Assembly (NCBI RefSeq): GCF_006345805.1
Contig: NC_043026.1
Coordinates: forward strand, 1,364,001 to 1,428,000
Direction of reading: 5' to 3'
DNA: 64,000 nt
From: Octopus sinensis
Lineage: Eukaryota
Numbering within the stretch: position 1 is the first letter of the stretch; each line of letters opens with the position of its first letter. Made by a program: the position numbers and the translations under genes. Below, piece after piece: positions 1 to 13,364 of this stretch. A model generated the notes under the pieces. The model had not been told where the DNA came from, searched no databases, and was given only the letters and a program-made list of their open reading frames with translations.

Positions 1-19
1 GGAAGGCTACACAGAACTT

Positions 20-41
20 GTAGTTGTAGTAGTAGTAGTAT

Positions 42-75
<34 letters not shown>

Positions 76-77
76 TG
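20..77. repeat. (GTA)n microsatellite
   Basis: Direct inspection; many other (TA)n, (CA)n, (AAT)n, (GTT)n and (CAC)n tracts occur throughout the window. Confidence 0.95.
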
Positions 78-356
78 TAGATGTTAGATATTTGGATATG
101 TGGGAAAAAAATCTATTCTGTTGCAGACATATTTACTTAATTTGTGTGTGTGTGTGTGTGTGTGTGTATGGCAGAGTGAGATGGGATGATTCTGGGATAA
201 ATCACAAAGAGACGAGCAAAAGTGGCCCTAGAAACCAATAAGCAATGTATATACATATATACTTGTGTGTGTAAGAGTACATGTGTGTTATACATGTGTG
301 TGTATATGCAACTCTCCTTCCTCTCTCTTTCTCTCTCTCTGCCTTCCTATCTCTCC

Positions 357-390
<34 letters not shown>

Positions 391-792
391 TGTTGTGTCT
401 AGGGAGAGTCATTATGCACATTTAATTAATACCCACATGTGGATAATTCCACTCCTTTTCTTTATTATTAGTCAATTGGCCAAATATCTGACTAATTTGT
501 CTTGTTTTCGTTTGCCAAAGCTCTTTTGTTGGTACTTGCAACCTTTTCAATGACTACATGTATGCACACATACACACACACACATGCATATCCTTTTAGT
601 GTGGACTGTTGTAAAAAAAGAGTTCTCACTACCATAGTCAAGATTAACAATATTTTATTTTGGTTGAGTTAGTCTCTGTCTCCTACAACTTTCACCCGTA
701 GGATCTTCAGGCAAGTTGTCAGACATTGTCAACATTTGATTGAAGATCCTGTACTCTTCAGAGCAGCAAGAAACTGACTTAACCAAAATAAC

Positions 793-831
<39 letters not shown>

Positions 832-898
832 ACCCATGCTAGCATGGAAAGCGGACGTTAAACGATGATGATGATATATATATATATATATATACACA

Positions 899-938
<40 letters not shown>

Positions 939-1036
939 CACATATATATATGTAACACCTACAATAGTTGAGGGGTGTTGTATGTATGTATGTATGCATT
1001 ATGTAAGTATATAAAAGAAAATTAAGAAAATGGAGA

Positions 1037-2960
1037 TCATCATCATTATCATTTAATATCTGTGTTCCATGCTAGCATGGGTGGGACGGTACCACAGGAG
1101 CCGGCACCAGACTTCTGTGACTGTTTTGGCAGGATTTTTACAGCTGGATGCCCTTTCTAACACCTCAGTAGAGTGGACTTAATGCTTTTTATGTGACACA
1201 AGTACAGCTGAGGTGAGTAGTGCTTTTACATGGCACAAGCATAGGCGAGGTGAGTTTTGGCCAGGTTTTTACAGCTGGATGCTCTTTCTAACACCAATCA
1301 CTTTACAATGTGGGCTGGGTGCTTCTAAGTGGCACCTGCACTGACAGGGTCACCAAGTACTTGCAAGACAAAAACTTTTAAGAGGTGATGACGAAAAGGT
1401 TATAGTGAGACAGATGCAGGTGTCTTGCTGTAGAGGAAGTACAAGGCAACCTGGCCAGAGAGAGGTAAAGATCAGGTATGAAGACAGAAAGAGGTGTGCT
1501 ACTGCAAAGAAAATACGTGGTTGCCCAACCTGAGGGAAGTGCAGGAGGAGAGAGAGAGAGAGAGAGAGTGAGAGTGAGCAAGTGGGAGACTGCAAGATGG
1601 AGATGGTGACAAAATGCTGGGCATACTCACAAGGAATGGGGATCAGAGTATAAATGAGATGGTTGAGTAAAGGAAGAGAGAGAACCCTTGAGGTTCAAAT
1701 GCCATAATATAAATGACAGGATATTACGAAGGGAGTGCAATTAAAGAGTGCAAGTAAGTGGCAAAAGACCTGGGTATATAGAGTTGGAGGGGCTACTGGA
1801 TAGCAATGATACAGAGGAACAGGGGTGTGAGGGCAGGATTGGGGAGTGAGAGCTAGGCATAGTGAATGGAGGAGGAAATGTGAGAAAGAGATGTAGATTG
1901 GTTTGTTGGGGTAGGGTGAGGGAAAAGTTTTCCAGATTGGGAGCAGCTAGCAGATGGCAATAATAGAGTGAATCAAGGCATGTGGGTAGAATGCACAGGT
2001 CAGGGGCAAGCAATGATACAGTGGCATTGGGCCAAGAGGACAAGATTGGGGAGGGGGAGGTAATCATAAAACATAAAGCTGAAATGTGAGGAAGAGATGT
2101 AGAGACGTAGTTTGGTTCGTTGGGGTAGGGTTTGTGATAAGTTTTCTTGTTAAGTGTTAAGGGACACACAACACTTCTAGAACTTCATATTGCCAGACAT
2201 CTTGGTCCATGATCATTTCCTCTGTGAGGTCCAACTTCCTGAGATCAGTCCTTACCATTTCATCCCACATCTTCCTGGGTCTCTTCCCTCTTCCATGGGT
2301 GCCATCCACTTTCAGTGATCAGCACTTCTTTATGCAGCTATCTTCATTCATGCACATCACATGTCCAAATCAACACAGCCATCTCTCTTGCATGCAATAT
2401 TTGATTCCTTTTATTCCCAACTTTCCTCTCAATACATTTGCACTTTTTGTTGTACATGTGCATTAATATTGCACATCCAACAGAGCAAACTACCTTCATT
2501 TCTCTCCAGTCTACGCAAGTCTTCAGCATTCAGAGCTCATGTCTCACTACCATGAAGTATAGCCATTTATACACAACCATCATACGGTCAACCTTTCACT
2601 CTGAGAGAGTGGCCTTTTGTTGCTGACAGGTAATAGCTCTCTGAACTTCTTCCACCCAAATAATACTTTCAGAGCATCTTCCACTATTGCTAATTTGGTC
2701 ACCTAGGTAATAGAAACTATCTACAACCGCAAGAGAGCCTCTTGGGAATTTGAGAGAATCTAATTCCTGTGTACTCTTAGTGATTATTGTTCATGCACAT
2801 CTGCCACATACAAAGACTACTTTATCTGCTAATCTGCCTGTGATACCTCTGCATCTCTTATGTGTCCATAGTATACACTGGGTGCAGCGAATGGAATTTC
2901 TTCCAACTCCTTTCCTACATGTGAAGGAGGGCCATTTACCTGATGGAAAGAAAGTTTTTA
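1037..2960 (-). mobile_element. RTE-clade LINE 3' part, degenerate (RT C-terminus, purine-rich 3' UTR, (GAT)n tail)
   Basis: 2170-2960 is homologous to the RT C-terminal copies at 32210-33325 and 60540-61775; catcatcat tail motif at ~1037. Confidence 0.75.
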
Positions 2961-2996
2961 ATCTTCTTTCTTACCACATTTATCTTAGGGTTATAT

Positions 2997-3332
2997 AAAT
3001 TTATTATCTGCAAAAATCCAAAATATTCTCTTACAGCTGTTTCAATTAAGCTTAAAGATTAAAATAGCAATTATTAAATCATTATATAAGGCAAATCTCA
3101 TCAGAGGGGTAGAAAAAAGATATACTATTAGGTTATTAGGTGTTATGTTCTCAGCAAATCTTCTCAGCAGACTGCTACAATGATTTGAAAACATAACACC
3201 TAATAACCTAATGATGTATCTTTTTTTTACCTCTCTGATAAGTTTTTGACTAATATAATTGCTATTTTAATCTTTTAGCTTAACTGAAATAGCTGTAAGA
3301 GAATATATTGGATTTTTGCAGATAATAAATTT
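2997..3332. repeat. Head-to-head inverted pair of Penelope-type terminal repeats (~160-bp arms)
   Basis: Arms 2997-3160 and 3182-3332 are reverse complements with few mismatches; each contains a hammerhead-like motif. Confidence 0.8.
3028..3109 (-). ncRNA. Hammerhead-like motif with intact core
   Basis: Minus strand: cccct CTGATGA gatt..aatt GAA ACAGCTGT A agag: 8-nt palindromic stem III, GUA triplet. Partner copy at 3231-3301 (+) has CTGATAA. Confidence 0.55.
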
Positions 3333-3802
3333 TTATTAAATGCTATATCTCCATTTTCTTAATTTTCTTTTGAATGATTATAAACCATGATTTATATATA
3401 GACTTATTATTTTATGAATATTATTATTATTCACAACAATATTAGGCAATGAACCAGTAATGAGGCTAATTTAACCTCTAATTGAATATATATATATATA
3501 TATATTGTGCAGAACCGACCATACTTGAATAAATAAGTGAATAAATATATATGGTGTGGTGGTTGTCATTGTCTTGAACACTGACCATTCTCACCACAGG
3601 ACAATTTCCAGCCAAATAGACTAACAGAAAGAGAGAGAGGGGGAGAGGGAGAGAAAGAGAGAGAGAGATTGAAAGGTGTTGATTCTTTTAAAATTTTGGC
3701 ACTTTAGCTCTGGTCACACCATCATCATCATTATCATCATCATAGTTAAACTGTGAAAGTGGACAAAACACCCTCTCATATATATATATATATATATAAT
3801 AT

Positions 3803-3852
<50 letters not shown>

Positions 3853-3954
3853 AGAGGGTGTTTTGTCCATTTCCAAAGAAATGGTGCTGCTATTTTTATA
3901 TTTTTCTGTCTCTCTGTTTCTCTCTCTTTAAAAGAACATGCACACACATACACG

Positions 3955-3994
<40 letters not shown>

Positions 3995-4129
3995 GCACAT
4001 GTATATTCATTCATGCTTCAGATATACCTATTTTACTAACTTCTCCATTCAGGTACAAATTTCTTTCACATAAGCAGAGACAATATGACAGTGAAGCCAT
4101 ACACACACAGACACAAATTCATAGCAAAA

Positions 4130-4830
4130 CGAAAAACGTGCCATTTTCGCTCTACCATTGCAACACCTGTCTATGTTTGGACTGTCCTCGCAGAGGGGCC
4201 ATCCAGACTCCTGTCTTCGCCGTGAACAGGGATTAATCTTCTCTCTTCACTCCTTTGCACCACATGGGATCAACTCTCCTCCCCTTTTCATCTAACCCTC
4301 CTCCCCTCTCTTCTCTTCCTCTGACACCTACTTCCTTCCACCCACCTCTCTTGCTCTGGCTCCTACTTCTCTTCATTCCTACCTACTTTCTCCCTACACC
4401 TCTCCCTTCCTTTCCCCACTCTTGCCTCCTCCACATCCCAACACCATCACACCACACAGCACCACATCACATCACACCATGCACACATAGCACTGACCAC
4501 TTCCCATCCCCACACTATCACGCACGCACCTACACATGCACACACATACGTCAAGGTCATCAGCCCTCTTCTACATGAACATACATGCTCTCTTATATAC
4601 ACGCACGTGCACCTTTATTTTGGAATCACCACCACTTTATTATCTCCCCATCTCCCTAGCTCTCTTGTGTGACCCTCTATCTGGCATTCACCACGATAGA
4701 TTGCTAGCCACTACACATTCTTTATTTTCTCTCCCTGCCTATTTCTGTGTTCCTTTCTGTGGAAGAGCGTAGGCTCGAAACATTAAAGCTTAATGTCTCA
4801 CTACCTTCCTGAGCGTTAAACTAATACATC
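4130..4830 (+). mobile_element. Penelope-like 3' end (GIY-YIG C-terminus plus terminal repeat with hammerhead-like motif)
   Basis: HFRST/LQHLSMFGLS..G..RREQGLIFSLHSFAPHGIN* followed by the motif at 4753-4788. Confidence 0.7.
4753..4788 (+). ncRNA. Decayed hammerhead-like motif
   Basis: cttt CTGTGGA a gagc gtag gctc GAA ACAT T aaag. Confidence 0.45.
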
Positions 4831-5235
4831 TGTTTGTTGTCTACATCACCTGTCTTTGTCTTTTGTTTTTTTGTGAATTCTCCCCTATACTTATATATAT
4901 ACATACATAAAAACACACACACACACACACACATATAGATATATATATATATATACACATGAGGGGTTGGGGATCTCCATCATAGTAATGCATATAGAAC
5001 AAGGTGATGCAATTATTCTAGTCCAGAAACCAGTCCCCGTGAGCCCAAATTCTTGAATGTATGCTAAAAGATTGTCTTTGGACGGTTGCTTTCTGTAATT
5101 AGTATTGTAATTATTTTGGCGATTTAAATAAAATTTTGTCTGTTATTTCCAGTAGGTAGACATACTTAGTATGTCTTTGATTAATTTTAATACTTCAGAT
5201 ATATATATATATATATACATACATACTTACATACT

Positions 5236-5272
<37 letters not shown>

Positions 5273-5304
5273 TCACATACATACATGCATGTATATATTT
5301 TGTC

Positions 5305-5790
5305 TTGGTATAAAAGATGGGCTACAGCAAATATTCTGCTCAATACCACAGATTTGCTTGTCAGTTGTTTGACCTTAACCAGTTGAGCATGTCCCTTATT
5401 GGCTGACAATATGTGCATCTCTGATCACGAGCAAAAGTCGTGGGGTAGCATCATAGTCATGTGTCGAGAGGGATTCTTTGGGGTTTGAATTATTCACCTC
5501 TGGAAACATGGGTGGTTCTTTAAACATCCTTAAATAACCCTTATTCAGGAACCTTTTGAGCAGGATGGGTTACTCAACCAGAAGAAAATTCTTACTGGGC
5601 CCCACCTGCAAGGTCATGTGCTATTTATCTTGATATGAGATCACCATGTCGCACACATGTTGTTGTGATGCATGTACCTGGTGTACCCTTATCAGACAGG
5701 TAGTCATGATGGGTATACTGGGCTTCATCTATTTTACCCCAGGGTCACTTTGATGGCATGCACTGCTCTCTCACTCAATAATAATAATAA
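5305..5790 (+). mobile_element. Interspersed repeat, probably a LINE 3' UTR with (AAT)n tail
   Basis: Complex non-coding block ending in ctcactc(aat)n; no ORF. Confidence 0.4.
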
Positions 5791-5985
5791 TGATAACATC
5801 AAAAAAATACCTAAGGAATGAGAACCCAGGTTCGAAACTTCCTGAAGACACTAGATGAAGGCTAGAGGGTATATCAGCCGAAACGGTGTGTTAACAACAA
5901 ACAAGATTAGGACAAACGTCCATCAAATGTAAATTAGGTACATAATTCCTCATCTCTTAAATATAGAACTGTATTATCTATTTAC

Positions 5986-6065
<80 letters not shown>

Positions 6066-6127
6066 GTATGCATTAATGTAGTATATTATAAAAGTGCACA
6101 TGTATAAGTTATGTTTAGAAATATAGG

Positions 6128-7775
6128 AATACTAGCTGAAGGTGACCCGCTCTACGCACGGGTGAGGGTGTGGTTGTTACTTTCTGTTGCTTCCTTCCTG
6201 TTTCTTATTGCCACATTGTCACTCTTTGTTTGTCTCTCCTTTCTCTCTCACTTTCCCACTCTCTTACTCTTTATTTCTCTCGGACTTTCCCTCGCTTTCT
6301 CTTACTCTCTATCTATCTCTCTCCCATTTATAAACAACAAAAGATCTTGAGTAAGTTGAGAAAGAAAATGTTTTCAAAGATCAATCATAACTATCAGGCA
6401 GTGACAACGGAAAGGTCTGCTTCAAGACAGACGAACTTGCGAGCTGAATAAAAATTTAAAAATATTGGAAACCAAAGTTTGAAGGGATAGAATCTGAGGA
6501 GAGTAGAGTCACCATGGCTGGCATTTCTTAATGACGGACAGCTGGCATAAAATTTTGAACTTGATGTAAAAGAAAATTCCTAAACATTAAGTTTTAAAGT
6601 GATTCTTTCTCACGACAGTAGACTCACCATGGCAAGCAGTCAAAACGTAGTTATAGAAAGATAGTGGAGGGAAGGGGGAAAAGAGAGAGATCGAGGAAGA
6701 AAAGGTGATATATGAAAGAGAGGACTGAAAAATAAAATATTTTGAAACCTAAAGATGATTTGTTTTACAATGAGAAAACGAATGAAATAAGTTAAGAAGT
6801 AAATATTTCAAAACTGGAAAATTTTTCAAATTTACCGACAAATTTTTGTTAACGACGATCGCCTTGGGCATACAAATAAATTCCTTAAAATCTTTTATCC
6901 ACGCAAAATAATAGCATATCTTCTGATAAATAATATCTGTTATAATTGTGCGGTGGTGGTGGGAGATAATAATTCACTTTTCTGAAAGAAATGTGGTGGG
7001 GATATTTAAACTTTTGCGGCTGTCACGTTTCGTCTTTATAGATACAAACAGAAATACACTGAGAGACGTGTTAGAGAAGAAAGAGAGACGGCGGAGGTGT
7101 CAAACGTCGTTATAGAGAGAGAACGTGGAGGGAAAGGGGGAAAAGAGAGAGATCGAGGAAGAAAAGGTGATATATGAAAGAGAGGACTGAAAAATGAAAT
7201 ATTTTGAAACCTAAAGATGATTTGTTTTAAGAGAAAGATTCTCATGATTGTGTCGTGGTGGTGGTGGTGGCGATGATAATTCTCTTTATGAATGCAGGCA
7301 GACGTAGAGAGAGCGAGAGTGATAGCGCTGACAAAGGCTGCAGAGGAAAGATAGTAGACGCTATCAAACGACGTTATAGAGAGAAATTGAAAGGAAGGGA
7401 GGTGAGAGAGAGAGAGAGATGGAGGAAGATAGGCAGATAATAGAATGCGAAGGCGGCGGGGGAAAGATAATAGATGCTATCAAGTGACGTTATAGAGAGA
7501 AGGTGAAAGGAAGGGAGGAAAGAGAGAGAGATGGAGGAAGACAGACACATAAAAGAATGAGAGTAGACTTGTCAAAGTGTGCGTTTTTCACCCTAGCAAC
7601 GACACCTTTTAAGATAGGGATTTCTAACCTAGCCCACTCGCATCCTCACCTCATTTTACATGTCTCTCTAAATTTTGGAGCCAATCCGACCCCATCTAGT
7701 GCCCCTTAACCCGTTCCAATGCCAAAACCAGACAAACTTTTTGCATTTCAGAATTATAATATAGAGATATATGTA
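6128..7775 (+). mobile_element. Helitron/Helentron-associated non-autonomous element (HINE-like) with an internal ~80-bp duplication
   Basis: Starts atactagct..cccgct.cgc and ends cagacaaacttttt..ttataatatagagat. 6686-6765 is repeated at 7146-7228. Similar 3' end at 21560-21710. Confidence 0.5.
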
Positions 7776-8175
7776 GGTATATATAAATATACGCTTATGT
7801 TATGTTTATACGTCAGAATGTATACGTAAAAATGTAAGTCTTCCTGCATATGTCTTATCTTATAAATGTCTGTCTGTTACCATCTTATTGCGTAAACCAA
7901 CAAACCAATCTTCACAAAACTTTGCGTACATGTTAAACTACCATCCAGTTCAATAATAGGCTTATTGGATTTCATGAAAATGGGCCCCCTAGGAGTTAGG
8001 CAAATTATGTGATAAAATGAGAAGGATGCAAAGAGTATTAATCTCAGAGAATGTAATAGCAGAAGTGGGTGTGACTGATATCAGGGAAGGGGAGTACAGT
8101 ATTGTGTAAGCAACAAGTATGGAGTCACAATGAAATTGTAACTTTAATACAGCTGTCATAATTACATAGATACAT

Positions 8176-8208
<33 letters not shown>

Positions 8209-9989
8209 ACACACACACACACACACTACACATAACTAACTTTTAAACGTTGAGGAAGGGAGGAAAGGTGGATGTAAAGAATACGTAGCTTTAAGGAGAG
8301 ATGGGGTAGGTGGCTGTTCTGCAGTCCATCTCAAAGAAACACTCACACATACATACATACATACATACAGACATACATACATACATACATACATACATGC
8401 ATACATACATATGCCTACTACACACTATTTTAAACTTGTGATTACCTGTGTGTAATTTGTAAATGTGAGTGTGTATGTGTGTGTCTCATCCTATAACTGT
8501 CTGTCTCTACTTTTGTAGGGTCTTCCTTGTTGCTGTCACATATTGTGAGATTTTAAAATTACCTAAAAATGTTTCAAATTTGGTGAATTGAAATAATTTT
8601 TCACGTTAAATCTGGTTTTGTTATTTATTTGTTCCAGAAAAATGTTACTAAGGTTCAAAGTTTAATCAATTTTATCTAATCAGAAAACAAGATTTGGAAG
8701 CTGGCATGTTCTGCTATCACAAAATGAGAGCAAAACCATTAGAAGGAGGAATTTTTATGAAAGAAATGATAGCAAAGCGTTACGATGACTAAAGTTTTAA
8801 TAAGTTTTAATGAATAAAGTCATGTGAAACACTCAAACAGACACATAAATAATTTAAAAAGGAAAAATAATCCTCAACAAATTTTTTTTGTGAAAAATTA
8901 CACAAATCTGTCCTGATCTATCCTGGTCTATCTGTTTGGGAAGGCATGGCCGGACATGGAATAAACAAAAATTTTAATAAGACATTCTATTGTAAAAATT
9001 GCCCGACAACAACAGGCTATTCATCTATGGAAGAAAATAAGAGACATTATCTATAGTTTTATTGTTTCAGTATGTTGGTAAAGTTTTAATAAATCTTAAT
9101 ATGATGATTTGAAAGCAGATATAAAAGCTTCAGAAATTCTTACAACTTCGGACATCGTAATGCTTTGCTTTCATTTATTTAATAAAAATTCCTCCTCCTT
9201 GTAATGATTTTGCTTTCATTTTGTGATAGACAGCAGAAAATGCCAGCTTCCAAATCCTGTTTATATATATTGTTAAGAATTTATGTAAATGTGTATAGAA
9301 TAATATATAAGTTGAATAAAGTTAAAACATAGTCTGGTTTTCCTGTATTTTATACATACATACAGGTAGATCCATTGGAACAAAAAATGGGCAGATTATC
9401 GCAAATGCAAATATGAACTACAAAAGCAGAAATTTTACTACTGCATTAAATGCCTGAATTGCAAGGCATTATATATATAGGCAAGACATTAAATATATAG
9501 GCTAAGGTATGGGGACATAAACACACCAGCATCAGTTGTCAAATGATGGTGGGGGGACAAACACAGATACACACACACATATATGATGAGTTTCTTTCAG
9601 TTTCTGTCTATATAGACATGAGTCATGAGTCCACAGGCAACAAATTCAGAACATCAATGTTTGCCAAATTCCATTGAGCAAACATATAGAGGCATGTGAT
9701 CAGAAAATGTTTCTAATTTTTCTTTTCCACAAACTACGTGACACAAGAGAGGTTGGGAGAAAGATGAAGGAAAAAAGGGTTTATTGAAATGTTCAGACCC
9801 CTTCTGAACGGAAATAACAATAATATAAGAACCAGTTAATGATGTGGATTAATAAATATAAACAAGTTTCCAGGACACCTGGAAAACTGTGATGTTTAAG
9901 AGTGGATTGTGGATTGATCAAAAAGGTATTCTAAAAATTCAGCTGGTTGCAGCTAAGAGACACTAAATTTGTCAAGAACTCAACTGCCA

Positions 9990-10025
<36 letters not shown>

Positions 10026-10028
10026 ATA

Positions 10029-12520
10029 TTTCATTTCATTTCATTTGGGTTTGAGTCCATGCTCAGGCCAAGTCGAAGACTCCACCCTCAGAGTCTGGTG
10101 TGGTTGCCAGGTTGTATTCTCTGCTTAATTTTGACATGTGTAGGAGCGAGTTTGAGTCAGTTTGTGCTCGTTGTGTATATCCTGGGAGATGGGGTTCATC
10201 TCTAATGGTGCTTAGGTATCTATCCAGTGTGGAATCCACACTGCATCCTGATAGATTTCTGACATGTACCGGAATGGAGTTGAACAGTTGTGCTCCTCGA
10301 ACCAACAGACTTGATTCTCGCAGGGTTTTTGCTGCCTGGCCAGCCTTTTTGTTGATTGGTGGTAGCTGGCAGCGTCTTCCGTGGCACAGTGAGTGGTAGG
10401 TTTTGATACCAAAGTTTGGCACCTTCTGCTCTATCATTTTCCAAATGTATATAATTCGGTATCGCTCAAATCTTCTTTCTATTGAGTACATCCTCAAGGT
10501 TTTGAGTCTTTGCCAATAGTCCAGGTCCCTCGTTTCTGAGAAGTATGAGGTAAAATTTCTTTGGAGCGATTCTATCTTAGATAGTTGTCCCTTTGTTGTT
10601 GGTGACCATAACTGAGAACAGTAGTCAATCCTCGGAAGTATCATACTGTTCCAGAGGGTTTTCATTGTTGAGGTATCTCTTGATTTGAAGGTGCGCAAGA
10701 TCCACCCGCTGTACTTTCTTGCAGTAAGACAGACTGAGTCAAGGTGTTCTCTGAATTTTAGGTTGGTTCCCATGTGGATGCCTAAATCTTTCACATACTG
10801 TTTTTCCATTATTTGTTGTCCTGATGGGTTTCTGTAGTTTGTTGTATTTTTCAGATCTTGATCTGTTCCGTAGCGAATTAGTTCAAACTTCTTATCATTG
10901 AACAACATGTTGTTTGTTTCCTGCCATTTATATATGGTGGTCAGGTCCTTTTGTAAGGCCTCTGTATCCACCTCGTCTTTGATTTGTCTCATGACCCTGG
11001 TGTCATCAGCAAAGGATGAGACGTTGCTGGTTGTATCTTCATCTATGTCAGAGATGAGGATGAGAAACAGGATTGGGCCGAGTACTGTATCCTGAGGAAC
11101 ACTGCTGGTCACAGGTGATGGTGTTGAATGGGTTCCATCCACAGTGACTGTTTGAGTTCTATTTGTAAGGAACTCATGTATCCATGTACCAACTTTTCCT
11201 CCTACTCCTAGCTTTCGAAGTTTGTGACCCAGGATGCCATGATCTACCTTGTCAAATGCCTTGGCAAAGTCGAGGTAGATAACATCTGTGTTGTATCCAT
11301 TCTCTAGATTTTCTAGGATTTGGTCATGGTGTGCCAGTAGTTGGGAAAGACATGATCTACCTAACCTGAATCCATGCTGGTTGCAATTCATCAGATTGTT
11401 GGATTCCAGGAACTCAACCAGTTTTCCACGAACTATTCTTTCGAAGACCTTGATAATGTGTGATGTCAGTGAGATTGGTCGGTAGTTCTTTGGTTTTGAT
11501 TTGCTGTCCCCTTTATGTATTGGAGTTATGTGTGCTTCTTTATATGTATTTGGTATTTTGCCATTCTCCATAGATTCCCTCCATATCATGTAAAGGGGTT
11601 TCGACAATTGTACCTTGCAGTTTTTAAGTATCATGGCATTGAAACCGTCAGGCCCCGTAGCCGAGTGCATGGAGAGCTTGTCTATGGCTCTTGCTATGTC
11701 TTCTGGGTTGAAATCAATGTCGGATAGGGTAGGTTTAGTATGGTCGATATCCTTGAAGAATTTTCCTGGGTCATGGATCTTCATGGTTTTAGATGGCTCA
11801 CTGAAGACACTTTCATACTGTTGACCCAACATTTCTGCCATTTCAATAGGGTTATTCACTACATCCCCATTTTGTCTCTGGAGAGGTCCTATTGTTGACT
11901 TGGTGTTCGAGTATTTCTTTGCAAAACTGTAGAAACATTTTGGATTTTTCTTGATGTTTTCTATGGCTCTCTTTTCTGCATTGTTACGTTCTTCATCATA
12001 GTGTTGTTTTAGATTGTCTTCTAATCTGTATATTTGGTCAAGGACTTTCTGTAATTCATGTTTTGATGTCAGCTTAGATGTTTTGTTTCTTAGTCTTGAC
12101 CTTTTGCGCATCAGGATCTTTCGCTCCCGTGGTACAGGTTTTTTTGTGGACTTGGTTTTCTTTAGAGGAACATTTTTTTCACATATTTCTTCGATCTTGT
12201 TTAAGAATTTCTTGTGTTTATCTGGCCCAGTAAGGTAGAGATCCCAGTCAATGATTTGTAACTGGTTGTTAATAGTTTCCCAATTTGCCTGGTGATAATC
12301 ATACCTGCATAGCTTTGGCATGTCCTTTTGTTTAAGAGTTGTGGCATTGGGCTCATTACCAATGTGTAAATGCATTTCAATAATATTGTGGTCTGAAAGG
12401 ATTGTTGGGGTTGAGTGAAGGTCAAATAGCGTGTCCTCGTTGTTGGTGAAAACCAAGTCGATCGTATTATTATTTCTTGTTGCTTCTGTCATCATTTGTT
12501 TGAGGTATAATTTCTCTGTG
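10029..12520 (-). mobile_element. CR1-like LINE, 5'-truncated, ORF2 (APE tail + RT) still open
   Basis: ORF 10063-12603: NNTIDLVFTN (APE end), NYRPISLTS, YLDFAKAFDKVDH, SSVPQDTVLGP, FADD. (AAATG)n 3' tail at ~10029-10046. Confidence 0.95.
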
Positions 12521-12899
12521 ACTTCCAATATATATATATATATATGTTCTTTTATTCTTTTACTTGTTTCAGTTATTTGACTGTGGCCATGCTGGAGCAC
12601 CACCTTTAGTTAAGCAAATCAATCCCAAGACTTATTCTTTGTTAGCCTAGTACTTATTCTATTGGCCTCTTTTGCTGAACCGCTAAGTTACGGGGACATA
12701 AACACACCAGCATTGGTTGTCAAGCAATGGTGGGGGGACAAACACAGATATACACACACACACACACACACACATATATATGATAAGTTTCTTTCAGTTT
12801 CTGTCTACCAAATCCACTCACTAGGCTTTAGTCAATAGTATAGTAGAAGACACTTGTCCAAGGTGCTACACAGTATGTATATATATATATATATATGTG

Positions 12900-12958
<59 letters not shown>

Positions 12959-12965
12959 TATATAT

Positions 12966-13285
12966 GTGGAGGCGCAATGGCCCAGTGGTTAGGGCAGCGG
13001 ACTCGCGGTCATAGGATCACGGTTTCGATTCCCAGACTGGGCGTTGTGAGTGTTTATTGAGCGAAAACACCTAAAGCTCCACGAGGCTCCAGTAGGGGGT
13101 GGTGGCAATCCCTGCTGTACTCTTTCGCCACAACTTTCTCTCACTCTTTCTTCTGTTGGCTTGCTCGCTTAGCCAGCGGGGTGGCGTCATTCGAAGGCTA
13201 AAACAAAGCAAAGCGCATTGTGACCAGCGATGTGTAGCAACATCTGATAGCCTGGTCAGTCACGTGATCACGTGATATATGTATA
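12966..13285 (+). mobile_element. tRNA-derived SINE family B; second copy at ~20113-20420
   Basis: tRNA-like head with A box tggcccagtggttagg and B box ggtttcgattccc; (CACGTGAT) tail. Confidence 0.75.
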
Positions 13286-13364
13286 TATGTGCGTGTATAT
13301 ATATATGTAATATATTTATGTACATATATGTATACATATATATGCATATGTATATATTTGTGTA

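Noticed and set aside
4035-4260. Perfect TACTAAC branch point and acceptor suggesting a host exon
   Set aside because: The downstream sequence is the decayed GIY-YIG C-terminus of a Penelope element, with stops in all frames and no donor.
12521-12603. N-terminal extension MVLQHGHSQ... of the 846-aa ORF as a real protein start
   Set aside because: It is SINE tail plus (TA)n that happens to be in frame with a 5'-truncated LINE.
12966-13040. Stand-alone tRNA gene
   Set aside because: The tRNA-like head lacks a proper acceptor-stem partner and continues into a SINE body that is repeated at ~20113.
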